Shown here piece by piece: positions 37,808 to 47,296 of a stretch of 64,000 bases of DNA. A model generated the notes under the pieces. It saw only the letters and a program-made list of their open reading frames with translations, made no database searches and had not been told where the DNA came from. Position 1 is the stretch's first letter. Each line of letters opens with the position of its first letter. Both the position numbers and the translations under genes were made by a program. Source of the stretch: an uncultured Gemmatimonadaceae bacterium (GTDB taxonomy: Bacteria > Gemmatimonadota > Gemmatimonadetes > Gemmatimonadales > Gemmatimonadaceae); contig CAWFQK010000008.1 in the NCBI GenBank assembly GCA_963817955.1, forward strand, positions 28,209 to 92,208. The letters run 5' to 3'.

Positions 37808-39196
37808 ATGCTCTTCAATAGCTACGTCTTTCTCTTCGGCTTTCTTCCCATCACGTACGCGGTGTTCTGGACACTGCGTTCGGCGCGTGCGCGGTATGTG
37901 TGGCTGGCGCTCACGGGATACGTGTTCTACGGCTACTGGAATCCGAAGTTCTGTCTATTGATGGCATTCTCGACACTCGTGAGCTATCTGGCTGGGCGTG
38001 GGCTCATGCGCTTCAGCGATCCGGGACGCCGCAAGCTGTGCCTCGTCGTCCCCATCACGGTCGACTTGTCGCTGCTCGGGTTCTTCAAGTACGCGAATTT
38101 CGCGGTCACCAGTGCTGCCGGCGCCATGGGATGGTTCGGTGCCACCGTCGTGCCGCCGCACTGGAACATCGTGCTCCCCATTGGGATCTCGTTCTACACC
38201 TTCCATACGATCAGCTACATCGTCGACAGCTATCGCGGTGTCGTCCGCCCCACTCGCAACTTCTTCGAGTTCGCGGCCTACGTGTCGCTCTTCTCCCAGC
38301 TCGTCGCGGGTCCCATCGTTCGGTTTCGACAGATTGAGGAGGACCTGGAGCAACTGGGTACAGCGAGTCGCCGCCGCTGGCTCTCGCGCGGACTCTCGTT
38401 CCTGGCGATCGGCATGGTCGAGAAGGTCCTCATTGCCGATAGCTTGGCGTCGTTCGTCGATCCGGCGCTCGCGCACTATGCGCTCCTCTCGAGCGGTGGC
38501 GCCTGGATGGCGATGCTCGGCTACACGTTCCAGATCTACTTCGATTTCTCCGGCTACAGCACGATGGCCGTGGGCCTTGGCTACCTGTTCGGGCTGCGCA
38601 TTCCGCAGAACTTCAACTCGCCATACAAGGCGCTCGATCCATCGGACTTCTGGAAACGCTGGCACATTTCGCTTTCCACGTGCATGCGGGACTACCTGTA
38701 CATCCCGTTTGGCGGAAATCGTGGCGGCGAGTGGAAGACATATCGCAACTTGATGTTCACGATGTTGATCGGTGGGCTATGGCACGGCGCGAACTGGACG
38801 TTCGTCGCCTGGGGGGCCTATCACGGTGCCCTGCTTGGCGCGCACCGGAAATTCGGGCGCGGGTGGGACGCACTGCCCGCCACGACGCGACAGCTCGGCA
38901 TGTTCTTCTTTGCCGTGATCGGGTGGGTGTTCTTCCGTGCCACCGACTTCCACATGGCATCGGCGCTGCTGCGCCTCATGTTCGTTCCCACTGCGGGCGC
39001 GCTCGTGGCCCAGCCGACGCTCGCGGCCATGCTCATGGTTGGTGCCGCGGGGTGGGCCATGCGTGGCCCGAACGCGTTCGAGATGTCACACGACTTCACC
39101 TGGCGGCGCGCCTTCGCGTATTCGGCCGCGGCTGCGGGAGCGCTGGCGATCATCGCGGGCACGCGATCCTCGCCATTCCTCTACTTCCAGTTCTGA
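37808..39196 (+). CDS. MBOAT O-acyltransferase (AlgI/DltB family)
   Basis: MLFNS..F, FKY.NF, LPIGISFYTF, QLVAGPI.R, QIYFDFSGYS, FWKRWHISLS, GLWHGA.W, F.YFQF. Confidence 0.95.
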   Translation: MLFNSYVFLFGFLPITYAVFWTLRSARARYVWLALTGYVFYGYWNPKFCLLMAFSTLVSYLAGRGLMRFSDPGRRKLCLVVPITVDLSLLGFFKYANFAVTSAAGAMGWFGATVVPPHWNIVLPIGISFYTFHTISYIVDSYRGVVRPTRNFFEFAAYVSLFSQLVAGPIVRFRQIEEDLEQLGTASRRRWLSRGLSFLAIGMVEKVLIADSLASFVDPALAHYALLSSGGAWMAMLGYTFQIYFDFSGYSTMAVGLGYLFGLRIPQNFNSPYKALDPSDFWKRWHISLSTCMRDYLYIPFGGNRGGEWKTYRNLMFTMLIGGLWHGANWTFVAWGAYHGALLGAHRKFGRGWDALPATTRQLGMFFFAVIGWVFFRATDFHMASALLRLMFVPTAGALVAQPTLAAMLMVGAAGWAMRGPNAFEMSHDFTWRRAFAYSAAAAGALAIIAGTRSSPFLYFQF

Positions 39197-39213
39197 ACAT
39201 GTGAACAGCACAA

Positions 39214-39239
39214 CGCCCCGGGACGATGGTCCCGGGGCG
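39214..39239. terminator. Hairpin between convergent genes
   Basis: CGCCCCGGGAC-GATG-GTCCCGGGGCG, 11-bp stem. Confidence 0.7.
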
Positions 39240-39279
39240 CTGCGTCCCACACGTCGCGGCGCCGAACCGCGCCGGACGT

Positions 39280-42200
39280 TTACTTGTTGCTCACGTACGC
39301 GTGGTCGAAGTACATGTACTGGTCAGCAGTCAGGGTGGTGCCGCCGCCGCCCCAGATGGGCTCAATGTCCATCTTCATGAACGCCTGCGACTCGCTGGAA
39401 CTCAGGTAGCCGACGTTCGTGTACTGGCTCACCTTGGTCCCGTTCACCCACAGGTGGAACTCGCCGTTCATCTGCCCCGGCGTGTTTGCCTTCACGAGCA
39501 CTTCCCAATGCTGCCACGCGCCGCGCTGCACGACCGCACCGGTCACCAGGTTTGGTACGAGTCCGTCGCGGGTGTCCAGCGTGCCCTGGAGGCGTCCGGT
39601 GGGCACGAGGGCTCCAGTACCACCGCCTTCGGCCGACATGAAGAAGTTGGGCTGCCCATCAATCCAGATGAAGAACACCTTGTTCGTATACGTGCCGTTC
39701 CCCACGAAGTTCGACGAGAGCTTCACCCAGATGCTCACGTAGACCGACTGTGACGAGTTGAAGTTCAGGACGACACGACCAGGGGTGGCGTTGATCGTTC
39801 CACCCGTGGTGCCGGATGGGTACCATGCCTGCATGACGCTCGATGGCGACTTGGGCGCAGTGGCATCCTGCACGATCGAGATGTTGCTCCACTGACACTC
39901 CTCACCGGGGTCCCATCCCTCGGAGGCCGTCGCATCGCTGCAGTTCTTGGCGAGCGAGTTGAACGGACGGCTCGTGAGCTGGGTGAAGCCCGTCGGCTGG
40001 TTCGCGAAATCACCCGACGTCGGCGGCGGCGGCGCGGGTGCCGTCACGGTCTCCGTCGCACTGCCGCTGACGGTTCCGTCGGTGGCTTTGATCGTGGCCG
40101 ATCCCGCGGCGATCGCGGTCACGAGCCCGGTGCCTGACACCGTGGCCACGGCCGTGTTGCTCGATGTCCAACTGTTGGTTTGGCCGGTCATCGCCGTGCC
40201 GCTGGACGTGAGGTCCTGCGCCGCGAGCTGCACCGTCTGGCCCACGGTGAGTGCAGACGTGGTGGGGCTCACCGTTACCGTGGAGACAGTCGGAGTCGGT
40301 GGCGGTGCCGCCGTCGTGACGCTCACCGTTGCGCTTCCACTTACCGTGCCGTCGGTGGCCTTGATGGTGGCGCTACCTGCGGCCACCGCGGTCACCAGCC
40401 CGGTCGCCGAGACTGTTGCTACGGCGGTATTGCTCGACGTCCAGACGTTGGTCTGGCCGGTCATCACGCTGCCGTCGGACGCGATATCCTGCGCCGCGAG
40501 CTGCACCGTCTTGCCCACGGTGAGTGCAGACGTGGCGGGGCTCACCGTCACGCTGGCAATCGTCGGCGTTGGCGTTGGTGGGGGCGGGGGCGGGGGAGTT
40601 GTGGTGGTTCCACCGCAACCGATAGGCTGGGTGCTGACCACGAAGTTGTCCATATCCCGCACGTCGGCTGCGGGCGCGCCGCCGTTCCAGTACTGCTCGA
40701 GGAAGATTGCGTTGAGGCCGTACGCGTTGTAGCTGCTGACCCAGTTGAAGCCAGCTTTTCGCGCCGCGAGATGCCCATTGACCGACATTTCGAAGACGGC
40801 ATTGCTCTGGCCCGCGTCGTTCAGACGCACGTGGAATTCGTCGCACTGCCACGGCCCAGCGTGGGCATTGTCGTCATACGTGCTGTCGGTACGCGTGGCG
40901 CCGAGCCACTGGAAATGTGTCATGTCGTTGTATCCGACCGTGGTCACGTTCCCATTGGCGTCCGTGCCCGAGACTGGGTCGAGCAGGGGGTACTTCGTAT
41001 TGGTCTCATCGGACCAGACGTGCGCGACCATGGCCTGCGACCAGTCCGACTTTGCGAGGATCGTGGCGCGCGTCAGTTTGCTCGGACCGTCACCCACCCA
41101 ACCCGCCTCTCGCCTGACCCAGAGGCGCCAATACAACTCGCGGTAGTTCGCCGTCCCGGCGTCGGCGGGGCGGAAGTATGTGGACGGCGTGCGACCAAAG
41201 GCGAGGTGCAAGGAACCGGCGCCCGTCTGGCCCGCCGTAAACGTGGCGCGCATCGATGTGGATCCGTTCATGCCGGAGCCGCTGGTCCGCACGAACTTGC
41301 CGCCGGCGTTGTCATACTCGAAGTACTTGGCCGTGCGATCCTGCTCGAAATCGTCGCAGAAGATCCATGCTGACTGCATCGTCGAGCATTCGTTGGTCGC
41401 GACAGCGCCGGTACCACCCGTCGTACCACCCGTCGTACCACCCGTGGTCCCACCGGTGGTGCCCGTGCCGCTGGAGGTCGTGCTCGGGGTCCGGCTCGTG
41501 CTGCCCGTGGCGTAGACCTCGTCGTAGGAAAGCTGCATCGTGCTGGCGACTCGCTCGTACCCGCTGCCCCAGGTCGGCTGCAACTGTAGCTTGTCGTACG
41601 TGTCAGTCTGTGTGGACGACACGAATTGCACGTTCGTGTACTGGATGATCATCGTGTGATTGAACCACACGCGAACCACGCCGTCGGCGGAGCCTGGCGT
41701 GTTCATGGTCAGGCTGACTTCAACCTGTTGCCAAGCACCTTTGGCGATCTGCGCGGTGCGAACGTTGGGCGTCAGCCAAGTGCGGGAGTCCGGCGTGCTG
41801 GCCAGGTTGATGGTTGGAATGAGTGGATTGGTGCTCGACCCACGCGCCACGAAGCTGACGCGCGGCTGGCCATTCGACACGATGTCGAATATCCGGTTGG
41901 TTGAGCTATTGCGGCTGCCGACGAAGTTGCTCGACAGCTTGAACCACACGCTCGTGAACAGCGATCGCTGTCCGGCCGGAAAGGCCACTTCCGCGGTTGC
42001 TGGCGCATTGCCGCCGGTGAATCCGGCGGGGAAGGTCATTTGACCAACGCTTGACGGCGACTTGGGGGCCGTCGCGTCGGAGGCGATGGCGAAGAGGGAG
42101 TAGTTGGCCTCGATCGCACTCCAGCCTTCACTCCCGGTGCCGCTGGTCGTGGACTTGGAGTTGAAGGGGCGGTCCGTGATCAGCGTAAGGCCGGATGGTT

Positions 42201-42336
42201 CTTCAGGGGCGGCCGAGATCGTGGAGGATGGCGCGGACGGCTGGATGGAAGAATTCGGTTGGACCGTGGGCGCGTCGGAACAGGCAAAGATCGCCAGTGC
42301 GGACGATGTGGCGAGCGCGATGGTTCGGAATCGCAT
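39280..42336 (-). CDS. Large surface lipoprotein: three beta-jelly-roll (lyase/lectin-like) domains, two Ig-like Big_2 domains, Gly/Thr and Pro linkers
   Basis: GAGGAG-ATG 42336, IFAC lipobox, duplicated VTVSP....L.VG.TVQL.A...W.SSN.AVATVS..GLVTA..AG.ATI.AT. Confidence 0.85.
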   Translation of the reverse strand: MRFRTIALATSSALAIFACSDAPTVQPNSSIQPSAPSSTISAAPEEPSGLTLITDRPFNSKSTTSGTGSEGWSAIEANYSLFAIASDATAPKSPSSVGQMTFPAGFTGGNAPATAEVAFPAGQRSLFTSVWFKLSSNFVGSRNSSTNRIFDIVSNGQPRVSFVARGSSTNPLIPTINLASTPDSRTWLTPNVRTAQIAKGAWQQVEVSLTMNTPGSADGVVRVWFNHTMIIQYTNVQFVSSTQTDTYDKLQLQPTWGSGYERVASTMQLSYDEVYATGSTSRTPSTTSSGTGTTGGTTGGTTGGTTGGTGAVATNECSTMQSAWIFCDDFEQDRTAKYFEYDNAGGKFVRTSGSGMNGSTSMRATFTAGQTGAGSLHLAFGRTPSTYFRPADAGTANYRELYWRLWVRREAGWVGDGPSKLTRATILAKSDWSQAMVAHVWSDETNTKYPLLDPVSGTDANGNVTTVGYNDMTHFQWLGATRTDSTYDDNAHAGPWQCDEFHVRLNDAGQSNAVFEMSVNGHLAARKAGFNWVSSYNAYGLNAIFLEQYWNGGAPAADVRDMDNFVVSTQPIGCGGTTTTPPPPPPPTPTPTIASVTVSPATSALTVGKTVQLAAQDIASDGSVMTGQTNVWTSSNTAVATVSATGLVTAVAAGSATIKATDGTVSGSATVSVTTAAPPPTPTVSTVTVSPTTSALTVGQTVQLAAQDLTSSGTAMTGQTNSWTSSNTAVATVSGTGLVTAIAAGSATIKATDGTVSGSATETVTAPAPPPPTSGDFANQPTGFTQLTSRPFNSLAKNCSDATASEGWDPGEECQWSNISIVQDATAPKSPSSVMQAWYPSGTTGGTINATPGRVVLNFNSSQSVYVSIWVKLSSNFVGNGTYTNKVFFIWIDGQPNFFMSAEGGGTGALVPTGRLQGTLDTRDGLVPNLVTGAVVQRGAWQHWEVLVKANTPGQMNGEFHLWVNGTKVSQYTNVGYLSSSESQAFMKMDIEPIWGGGGTTLTADQYMYFDHAYVSNK

Positions 42337-42596
42337 AGCGGGTCTCCTCGACCGCTGCAGTCGTTCGGCGGCCCGACTAGCCCGGTGCAGTTGCACCGTC
42401 GGCCTCGTGGCTTTGCGTCCCCGGCTTACGCCGGGTTTGCCTTTGTCGCGGCTCCATCGAGGAGTTGCGATCCTGCCAGTTTGTAGAGCAGCAGCCAGCG
42501 TTTTCGCGGGTTGGAGGGGATGCGTGATCCTCGCCGCGATCGCTTGTTATTTCGTTTGCATCCCCAGTGCGAATCCTAGGACAATACGTCTGGACC

Positions 42597-42827
42597 GCAA
42601 GGAAAATTCCTGACGGAGCGTCGGCTACTTTGTAGGGAAAAGTAGGGGCAGTCGCGAATGGTTGGTCAGATCCGCGCCCGCGCAGGGCGGTAACCGGGGC
42701 ATTGGCCGGTTAACCGGGCGTGGGGCGCAGGGGCTGCGACTATGAACGCAGCAGGCGCACCGATTGGCACGCCAAAGATGACTAACTTTTCCTGACAGGA
42801 ATTGCGGGCTCAGCCGGTCATCCTGAC
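42597..42827. promoter_or_regulatory. Second cluster of GTCAGGA/TCCTGAC operator-like boxes
   Basis: GCAAGGAAAATTCCTGAC (42597), TGACTAACTTTTCCTGAC (42779), TCCTGAC (42821) in an AT-richer intergenic region. Confidence 0.55.
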
Positions 42828-42906
42828 GGAATTGTAAACAGAGTATTGTGATCCGCTCTCAAATTATGCGTGATGTCAGTCACAGCGTCAAGGTCTCGAC
42901 TGCCTC

Positions 42907-43845
42907 TTACTGCCTGCGCTCCGCCGAAATGTAGAACGAATGGACGAATTGCCCGAGCGCGCCAAGCCGCGTCAGGATGTCCAGTGCACGGCTCTTCGCC
43001 CCCACTCGCGGACCGATGTGCGCCCGGATTTCGGTGACGTCGTGCAACTGAACCGCGAGTGCCGGCCGATGATAGTCTGGCACGGCTGCGCGGACTTCTA
43101 TGTCCACGAAGCCGGCAGCTCGCAGCAGTCGTCTGTATCCCGCCGCGCCGTAGATCCACGTCCGGTACGGCTCCCCTCGTTGCATTTGCGTCATCCACTC
43201 CGCGATGGCCCGTGGCATGACGGCCGCATACGGCAGCTCCCCGTGGGGTGATGCACCGCGAAAATTCTCGTAATGAAAGCGGTTCTCGATCGCGATCCCA
43301 ACTCGGCCCCCAGGACGGAGCGTGCCGAGCACGCCCCGCAGAAAATCAAGCTGCACCGCCGCCGGACTACGCCGGAGCATCGCCTCATCGTCGCCGCTCG
43401 CCACCCATTCGAGCACGCCGTTCACCACCGCGAGGTCGGCATTGGTCACGTCCTTTGGGATATCGAGCCCGCTGGCTTCGATCACGTCCACGTCCGCCCT
43501 GTCTTCCGCGAACCGATACCGCATGAACCGGCACCAGCGTGGATCGCGCTCGAGCGCGATCACGCGACCGAACTGTTGCGCGAGCGTGGAGGCAATGACG
43601 CCTGACCCGGCGCCGAAATCGATCGCCAGTGCGTTGCGCGGTGACGACATCATCAGGTAGAACGCTGCCTTCGCATCGTTCGTGAACCAATCCGGTTTGT
43701 ATGACAGCGTGGGGAGCCCGAGCTCGCGCAATGCCGTACGCCACGGCATGCCTGCCTCCAGCGCTTCGAGTAACGCCGTGAGTTCGTCCGGCGGGAGGGT
43801 ACCTTGTGTGGCCTGCGCGGCGATCGGAACGACAGTGGTCGGCAT
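42907..43845 (-). CDS. Class I SAM-dependent methyltransferase
   Basis: IDFGAGSG, ALE, NGVLEW, L.PGG...IAIENR. Confidence 0.88.
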   Translation of the reverse strand: MPTTVVPIAAQATQGTLPPDELTALLEALEAGMPWRTALRELGLPTLSYKPDWFTNDAKAAFYLMMSSPRNALAIDFGAGSGVIASTLAQQFGRVIALERDPRWCRFMRYRFAEDRADVDVIEASGLDIPKDVTNADLAVVNGVLEWVASGDDEAMLRRSPAAVQLDFLRGVLGTLRPGGRVGIAIENRFHYENFRGASPHGELPYAAVMPRAIAEWMTQMQRGEPYRTWIYGAAGYRRLLRAAGFVDIEVRAAVPDYHRPALAVQLHDVTEIRAHIGPRVGAKSRALDILTRLGALGQFVHSFYISAERRQ

Positions 43846-43890
43846 ATAAGGGTTCTCATGGTGGATGTGCACCTTCCCCCCTACCTCTCC

Positions 43891-43906
43891 TGCAAGAGAG
43901 CGTCCG
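43891..43906 (-). promoter_or_regulatory. Candidate sigma54 promoter
   Basis: CGGACGC-TCTC-TTGCA, 46 nt upstream of ATG 43845. Confidence 0.4.
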
Positions 43907-44140
43907 TCGCGCGAGGCCAGAATACCGCTACATCGCCTGTCAAATTGCGGCGCAGCCTCAACGAGAGGTGTGGCGCCGGTGCAGCGAATTCCGCGAAGCG
44001 TATCACTCCCCACGGTCACAATTTGCGCTGGCGTGCGATCGCATCGGCTCCACGCCACCACGCCAAGTCGTGTGTGGAGCACGACTTCGCTACGCTGACG
44101 GATGCGCGCTCGCCCGCCGGATACTCATGCGTTGGTGCGC

Positions 44141-44156
44141 CGGGCATCGACTTGCA
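44141..44156 (+). promoter_or_regulatory. Candidate sigma54 promoter
   Basis: CGGGCAT-CGAC-TTGCA, 60 nt upstream of ATG 44216. Confidence 0.45.
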
Positions 44157-44215
44157 CAACGCTCCTGCAAATCCGCCGCGTCTGGGACGGCGGCTCGACA
44201 GCGGAGCACACATAC

Positions 44216-45193
44216 ATGTTGCGAAGAGCGTTGGTGACCGGCGGGGCTGGGTTCATTGGCTCGCATCTCGTCGACTTGCTGCAGGGCCAAGGCGTGGACG
44301 TCACGGTGATCGACGACCTGAGTCGCGGACGAATCAGCAACCTTGCAGAGGGAACACTGATTCACCCGATCGATGTCGCGTCGGTTGCCGCCGCTACGAT
44401 CATTCGAACGGGCGATTTCGACGTCGTCTTTCACCTCGCGGCGCAAGTGGACTTGCGTGCGAGCGTCGACGATGCCGGGGGTGATGCACGCGTCAACGTG
44501 CTCGGCGCGCTCAACGTCCTGGAGGCGGTGCGCGCGGCAGGCAGCGCAGTCCGTCTCGTATTTTCCTCAACCGGCGGAGCGATCTACTCGGGAAGGGCCC
44601 CAGTGCCCTGCGCGGAAGATGCACCCAAAGAGCCGGACTCGGCATATGGATGCGCGAAGCTGTCTGTGGAGCACTACCTGCGCTACTTCGACCGCGTCCA
44701 TGGCGTGCAGTCCGTCGCGCTGCGGTATGCGAACGTCTACGGCCCACGGCAGAGTGCGGTTGGCGACGCCGGCGTCGTAGCCGTTTTCGCCGAACGCCTG
44801 TTGAGCGGACGGCGGCTCATGGTCAATGGCGATGGGCGGCAGACCCGCGACTTCGTCTTTGTGGAGGATGTGGCGCGGGCCAACCTCCTGGCTGCCACCG
44901 AATCGTTGCCGCCCAGCGGCGACTTGGACTCGCGCGCGTTCAACATTGGATGCGGTCGCGAGACCGCGGTGGCCGAGCTGGCGGAGACGATGCGTGGATT
45001 GGCGCACGTCATGGTACCGATCGATTTCGCCCCCGCTCGTGCCGGCGAAGTCCAACGGTCGGCACTCGACGCGTCGAAAGCCGCGCGTACGCTCGAGTGG
45101 ATGCCGCGCGTGTCGCTCGAACGGGGGCTCGCGAGAACGCTGTCGTGGTTCGCCGAGCGAAAGGCCGACCGCGCGATCGCGCAGTACGCCTGA
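44216..45193 (+). CDS. NAD-dependent epimerase/dehydratase (UDP-glucose 4-epimerase-like)
   Basis: VTGGAGFIGSH, HLAAQ, SSTGGAIY, YGCAK, RYANVYGPRQ, GDG.QTRDF. Confidence 0.93.
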   Translation: MLRRALVTGGAGFIGSHLVDLLQGQGVDVTVIDDLSRGRISNLAEGTLIHPIDVASVAAATIIRTGDFDVVFHLAAQVDLRASVDDAGGDARVNVLGALNVLEAVRAAGSAVRLVFSSTGGAIYSGRAPVPCAEDAPKEPDSAYGCAKLSVEHYLRYFDRVHGVQSVALRYANVYGPRQSAVGDAGVVAVFAERLLSGRRLMVNGDGRQTRDFVFVEDVARANLLAATESLPPSGDLDSRAFNIGCGRETAVAELAETMRGLAHVMVPIDFAPARAGEVQRSALDASKAARTLEWMPRVSLERGLARTLSWFAERKADRAIAQYA

Positions 45194-45216
45194 GCGGAAT
45201 CAAGGAGGAGTCGTCC

Positions 45217-46134
45217 GTGATCACGACAACGCGAACCTCGCGCACACCGGTGACGCACCTCTTCACCGTTGACGTCGAAGAGTACTTTCAAGTTGGCGCG
45301 TTCCAGCACATCATCCCTCGGCAATCGTGGGACTTCTGGCCGTCACGCGCCAAGCCGTCCGTCGAGCGGTTGCTCGATGTGCTGGCGCGACACGATGTCA
45401 AGGCGACGTGCTTCGTGCTCGGATGGTTTGCCACGCGGCATCCCGCGCTCGTGCGTGCCCTTGCCACGAATGGTCACGAGATCGCGTCTCACGGTTGGTC
45501 GCATCGATCGCTGTCGGCCTTGTCGCCCGACACGTTCCGCGAAGAGGTCCGTGCGTCCAAGGCCCTGCTCGAGGGTCTCGTCGGCCGTCCCGTGGTCGGC
45601 TTTCGGGCGCCGAACTTCTCTATCGTGCCCGGCGGCGAGTGGGCGTTCGACGTGCTGCTCGAGGAAGGCTACCGCTACGACTCGAGCCTGTTCGTGCATC
45701 GGCGGCGCAGTGACTCGGGATATCCAGGCAGCCACCCAGCCGCACACGAGATCGTCCGCGCCAGCGGCCGCATCATCGAATTGCCGATCGCGGTGCGCGG
45801 GTGGGCTGGTATACCGGTACCCGCTAGCGGCGGCGGCTACTTCCGCCACCTACCGTACGCGGTCACTCGCGGCGCATTTGCTCGGCTGTCGCGCCGCGGC
45901 ACGCCAGGGGTGTTCTACATCCACCCGTGGGAGCTCGATCCCGATCAACCCCGGGTGCGCGCGCCGTTGGCGACACGGCTGCGCCATTACACGGGTTTAC
46001 GCCAGGCGCCCGCGCGGCTGGAACGTTTGCTGTCGGAATTCGCGTTCACGTCAGTAGTGCGCCACCCGACGCTCGGATTCAGCGAACGACCGCGCGAAGC
46101 CCGCGTCGACATCTGTATGGCGGCGGTCCAATGA
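45217..46134 (+). CDS. Polysaccharide deacetylase, exosortase A/PEP-CTERM-associated type
   Basis: TVDVEEYFQV, GHEIASHG..H, FRAP.FSI, GGGYFR, FYIHPWE.DP.QP; AGGAGG RBS. Confidence 0.9.
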   Translation: MITTTRTSRTPVTHLFTVDVEEYFQVGAFQHIIPRQSWDFWPSRAKPSVERLLDVLARHDVKATCFVLGWFATRHPALVRALATNGHEIASHGWSHRSLSALSPDTFREEVRASKALLEGLVGRPVVGFRAPNFSIVPGGEWAFDVLLEEGYRYDSSLFVHRRRSDSGYPGSHPAAHEIVRASGRIIELPIAVRGWAGIPVPASGGGYFRHLPYAVTRGAFARLSRRGTPGVFYIHPWELDPDQPRVRAPLATRLRHYTGLRQAPARLERLLSEFAFTSVVRHPTLGFSERPREARVDICMAAVQ

Positions 46135-47159
46135 GCGTCCGCGTCGATGGCTTTCGCGGCTCCTCAGCCGAATGGGATCGCTTTGTGCGCGCGCAACCCG
46201 GTTGGACGCACTTCCATCTCTTCGGGTGGGGCGACGTCATCGCGGACGTTCACGCGCACGATGTGATACGCCTCTGCGCGCGAAGCGGCGATGGTCGGTT
46301 GCAAGGCGTGCTCCCGCTCATACGAGTGGCTAGTCCGGTGTTTGGGCGCTACCTCGTCTCCATGCCGTACGTCAACTACGGCGGTCCGCTCGGTGCGCCG
46401 GATGCCGTTCAGGCACTCGTGGCAGTGGCCGAGGCAAAGGCGCGCGATGACAATGGAACCCTGCTCGAGCTGAGAAGCCGACACGAGTTACCGGTGTCGC
46501 TCCGGGCGTCGCACCGCAAGATCACCTGTGTCCTCGATCTTCCCGTTCATGATGCCGACGCCGTCTGGCGCGGTTTGGATGCGAACGTGAGGCGACGCGT
46601 GCGTCGGGCGCAGAAGGCAGGGGTCACGCTTGCATTTGGTGCAGATCAGATTGCGCCGTTCTACGAGGTCTTCGCGCACCATATGCGCGATCTGGGAACG
46701 CCTGCCCAGCCGCGCCGGTGGTTCGAGGCCATTGCCCGAATGTTTCCAGACGATGCCGAGTTCGGTTGCGCCTACCTGGGTACCCGTCCCATTGCTGTAA
46801 TCGCCGGACTGAAATGGGGCGACGAGTTTGAGGTGACTTGGGCGTCCGCACTCGTGGAGCACAAGGAGTTGGCGGCAAACATGTTGATATACTGGGCCTT
46901 CATTGAGCGCTGCGCCGGCGCTGGGCTCAAACACTTCAACTTTGGGCGGTGTTCGCCAGGGAGCGGCACCCATCGTTTCAAGCGGCAATGGGGCGCCAAT
47001 GACGAAACGCTCTGGTGGTACGCCGGCGATCATGGCGCACATGCCGCGACCCCGGCCCCGAGCGACCCCGGCTTCGCTTGGGGACCTCGAATCTGGAAAC
47101 ATTTGCCTGCGCGGCTGGCGACCGCCATGGGCCCTCACATCGTTCGGTATATCCCCTGA
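46131..47159 (+). CDS. FemAB-related protein, exosortase A/PEP-CTERM-associated type
   Basis: WD.FV, FG..LVSMPY.NYGG, MRDLGTP, N...YW, FNFGR, FK.QWG, W..LP......GP.I...IP. Confidence 0.88.
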   Translation: MSVRVDGFRGSSAEWDRFVRAQPGWTHFHLFGWGDVIADVHAHDVIRLCARSGDGRLQGVLPLIRVASPVFGRYLVSMPYVNYGGPLGAPDAVQALVAVAEAKARDDNGTLLELRSRHELPVSLRASHRKITCVLDLPVHDADAVWRGLDANVRRRVRRAQKAGVTLAFGADQIAPFYEVFAHHMRDLGTPAQPRRWFEAIARMFPDDAEFGCAYLGTRPIAVIAGLKWGDEFEVTWASALVEHKELAANMLIYWAFIERCAGAGLKHFNFGRCSPGSGTHRFKRQWGANDETLWWYAGDHGAHAATPAPSDPGFAWGPRIWKHLPARLATAMGPHIVRYIP

Positions 47160-47296
47160 CTGTATGCGACGTGTCATGCTGGTGATCGTCATGGCGTGAC
47201 GCGCGTGGCCGTTGCCCGGCGGAGTGGCCATTCATAAGTTTGAATCGCCACGTCGGAGAAGGCGTGGCCAGGCCGAATGCCTTCTCCTACTGCGCC

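Noticed and set aside
41405..41470. 12-bp repeats here and 15-bp repeats at about 10545-10620 as DNA elements
   Set aside because: They encode GGTT and TTxPV low-complexity linkers inside proteins
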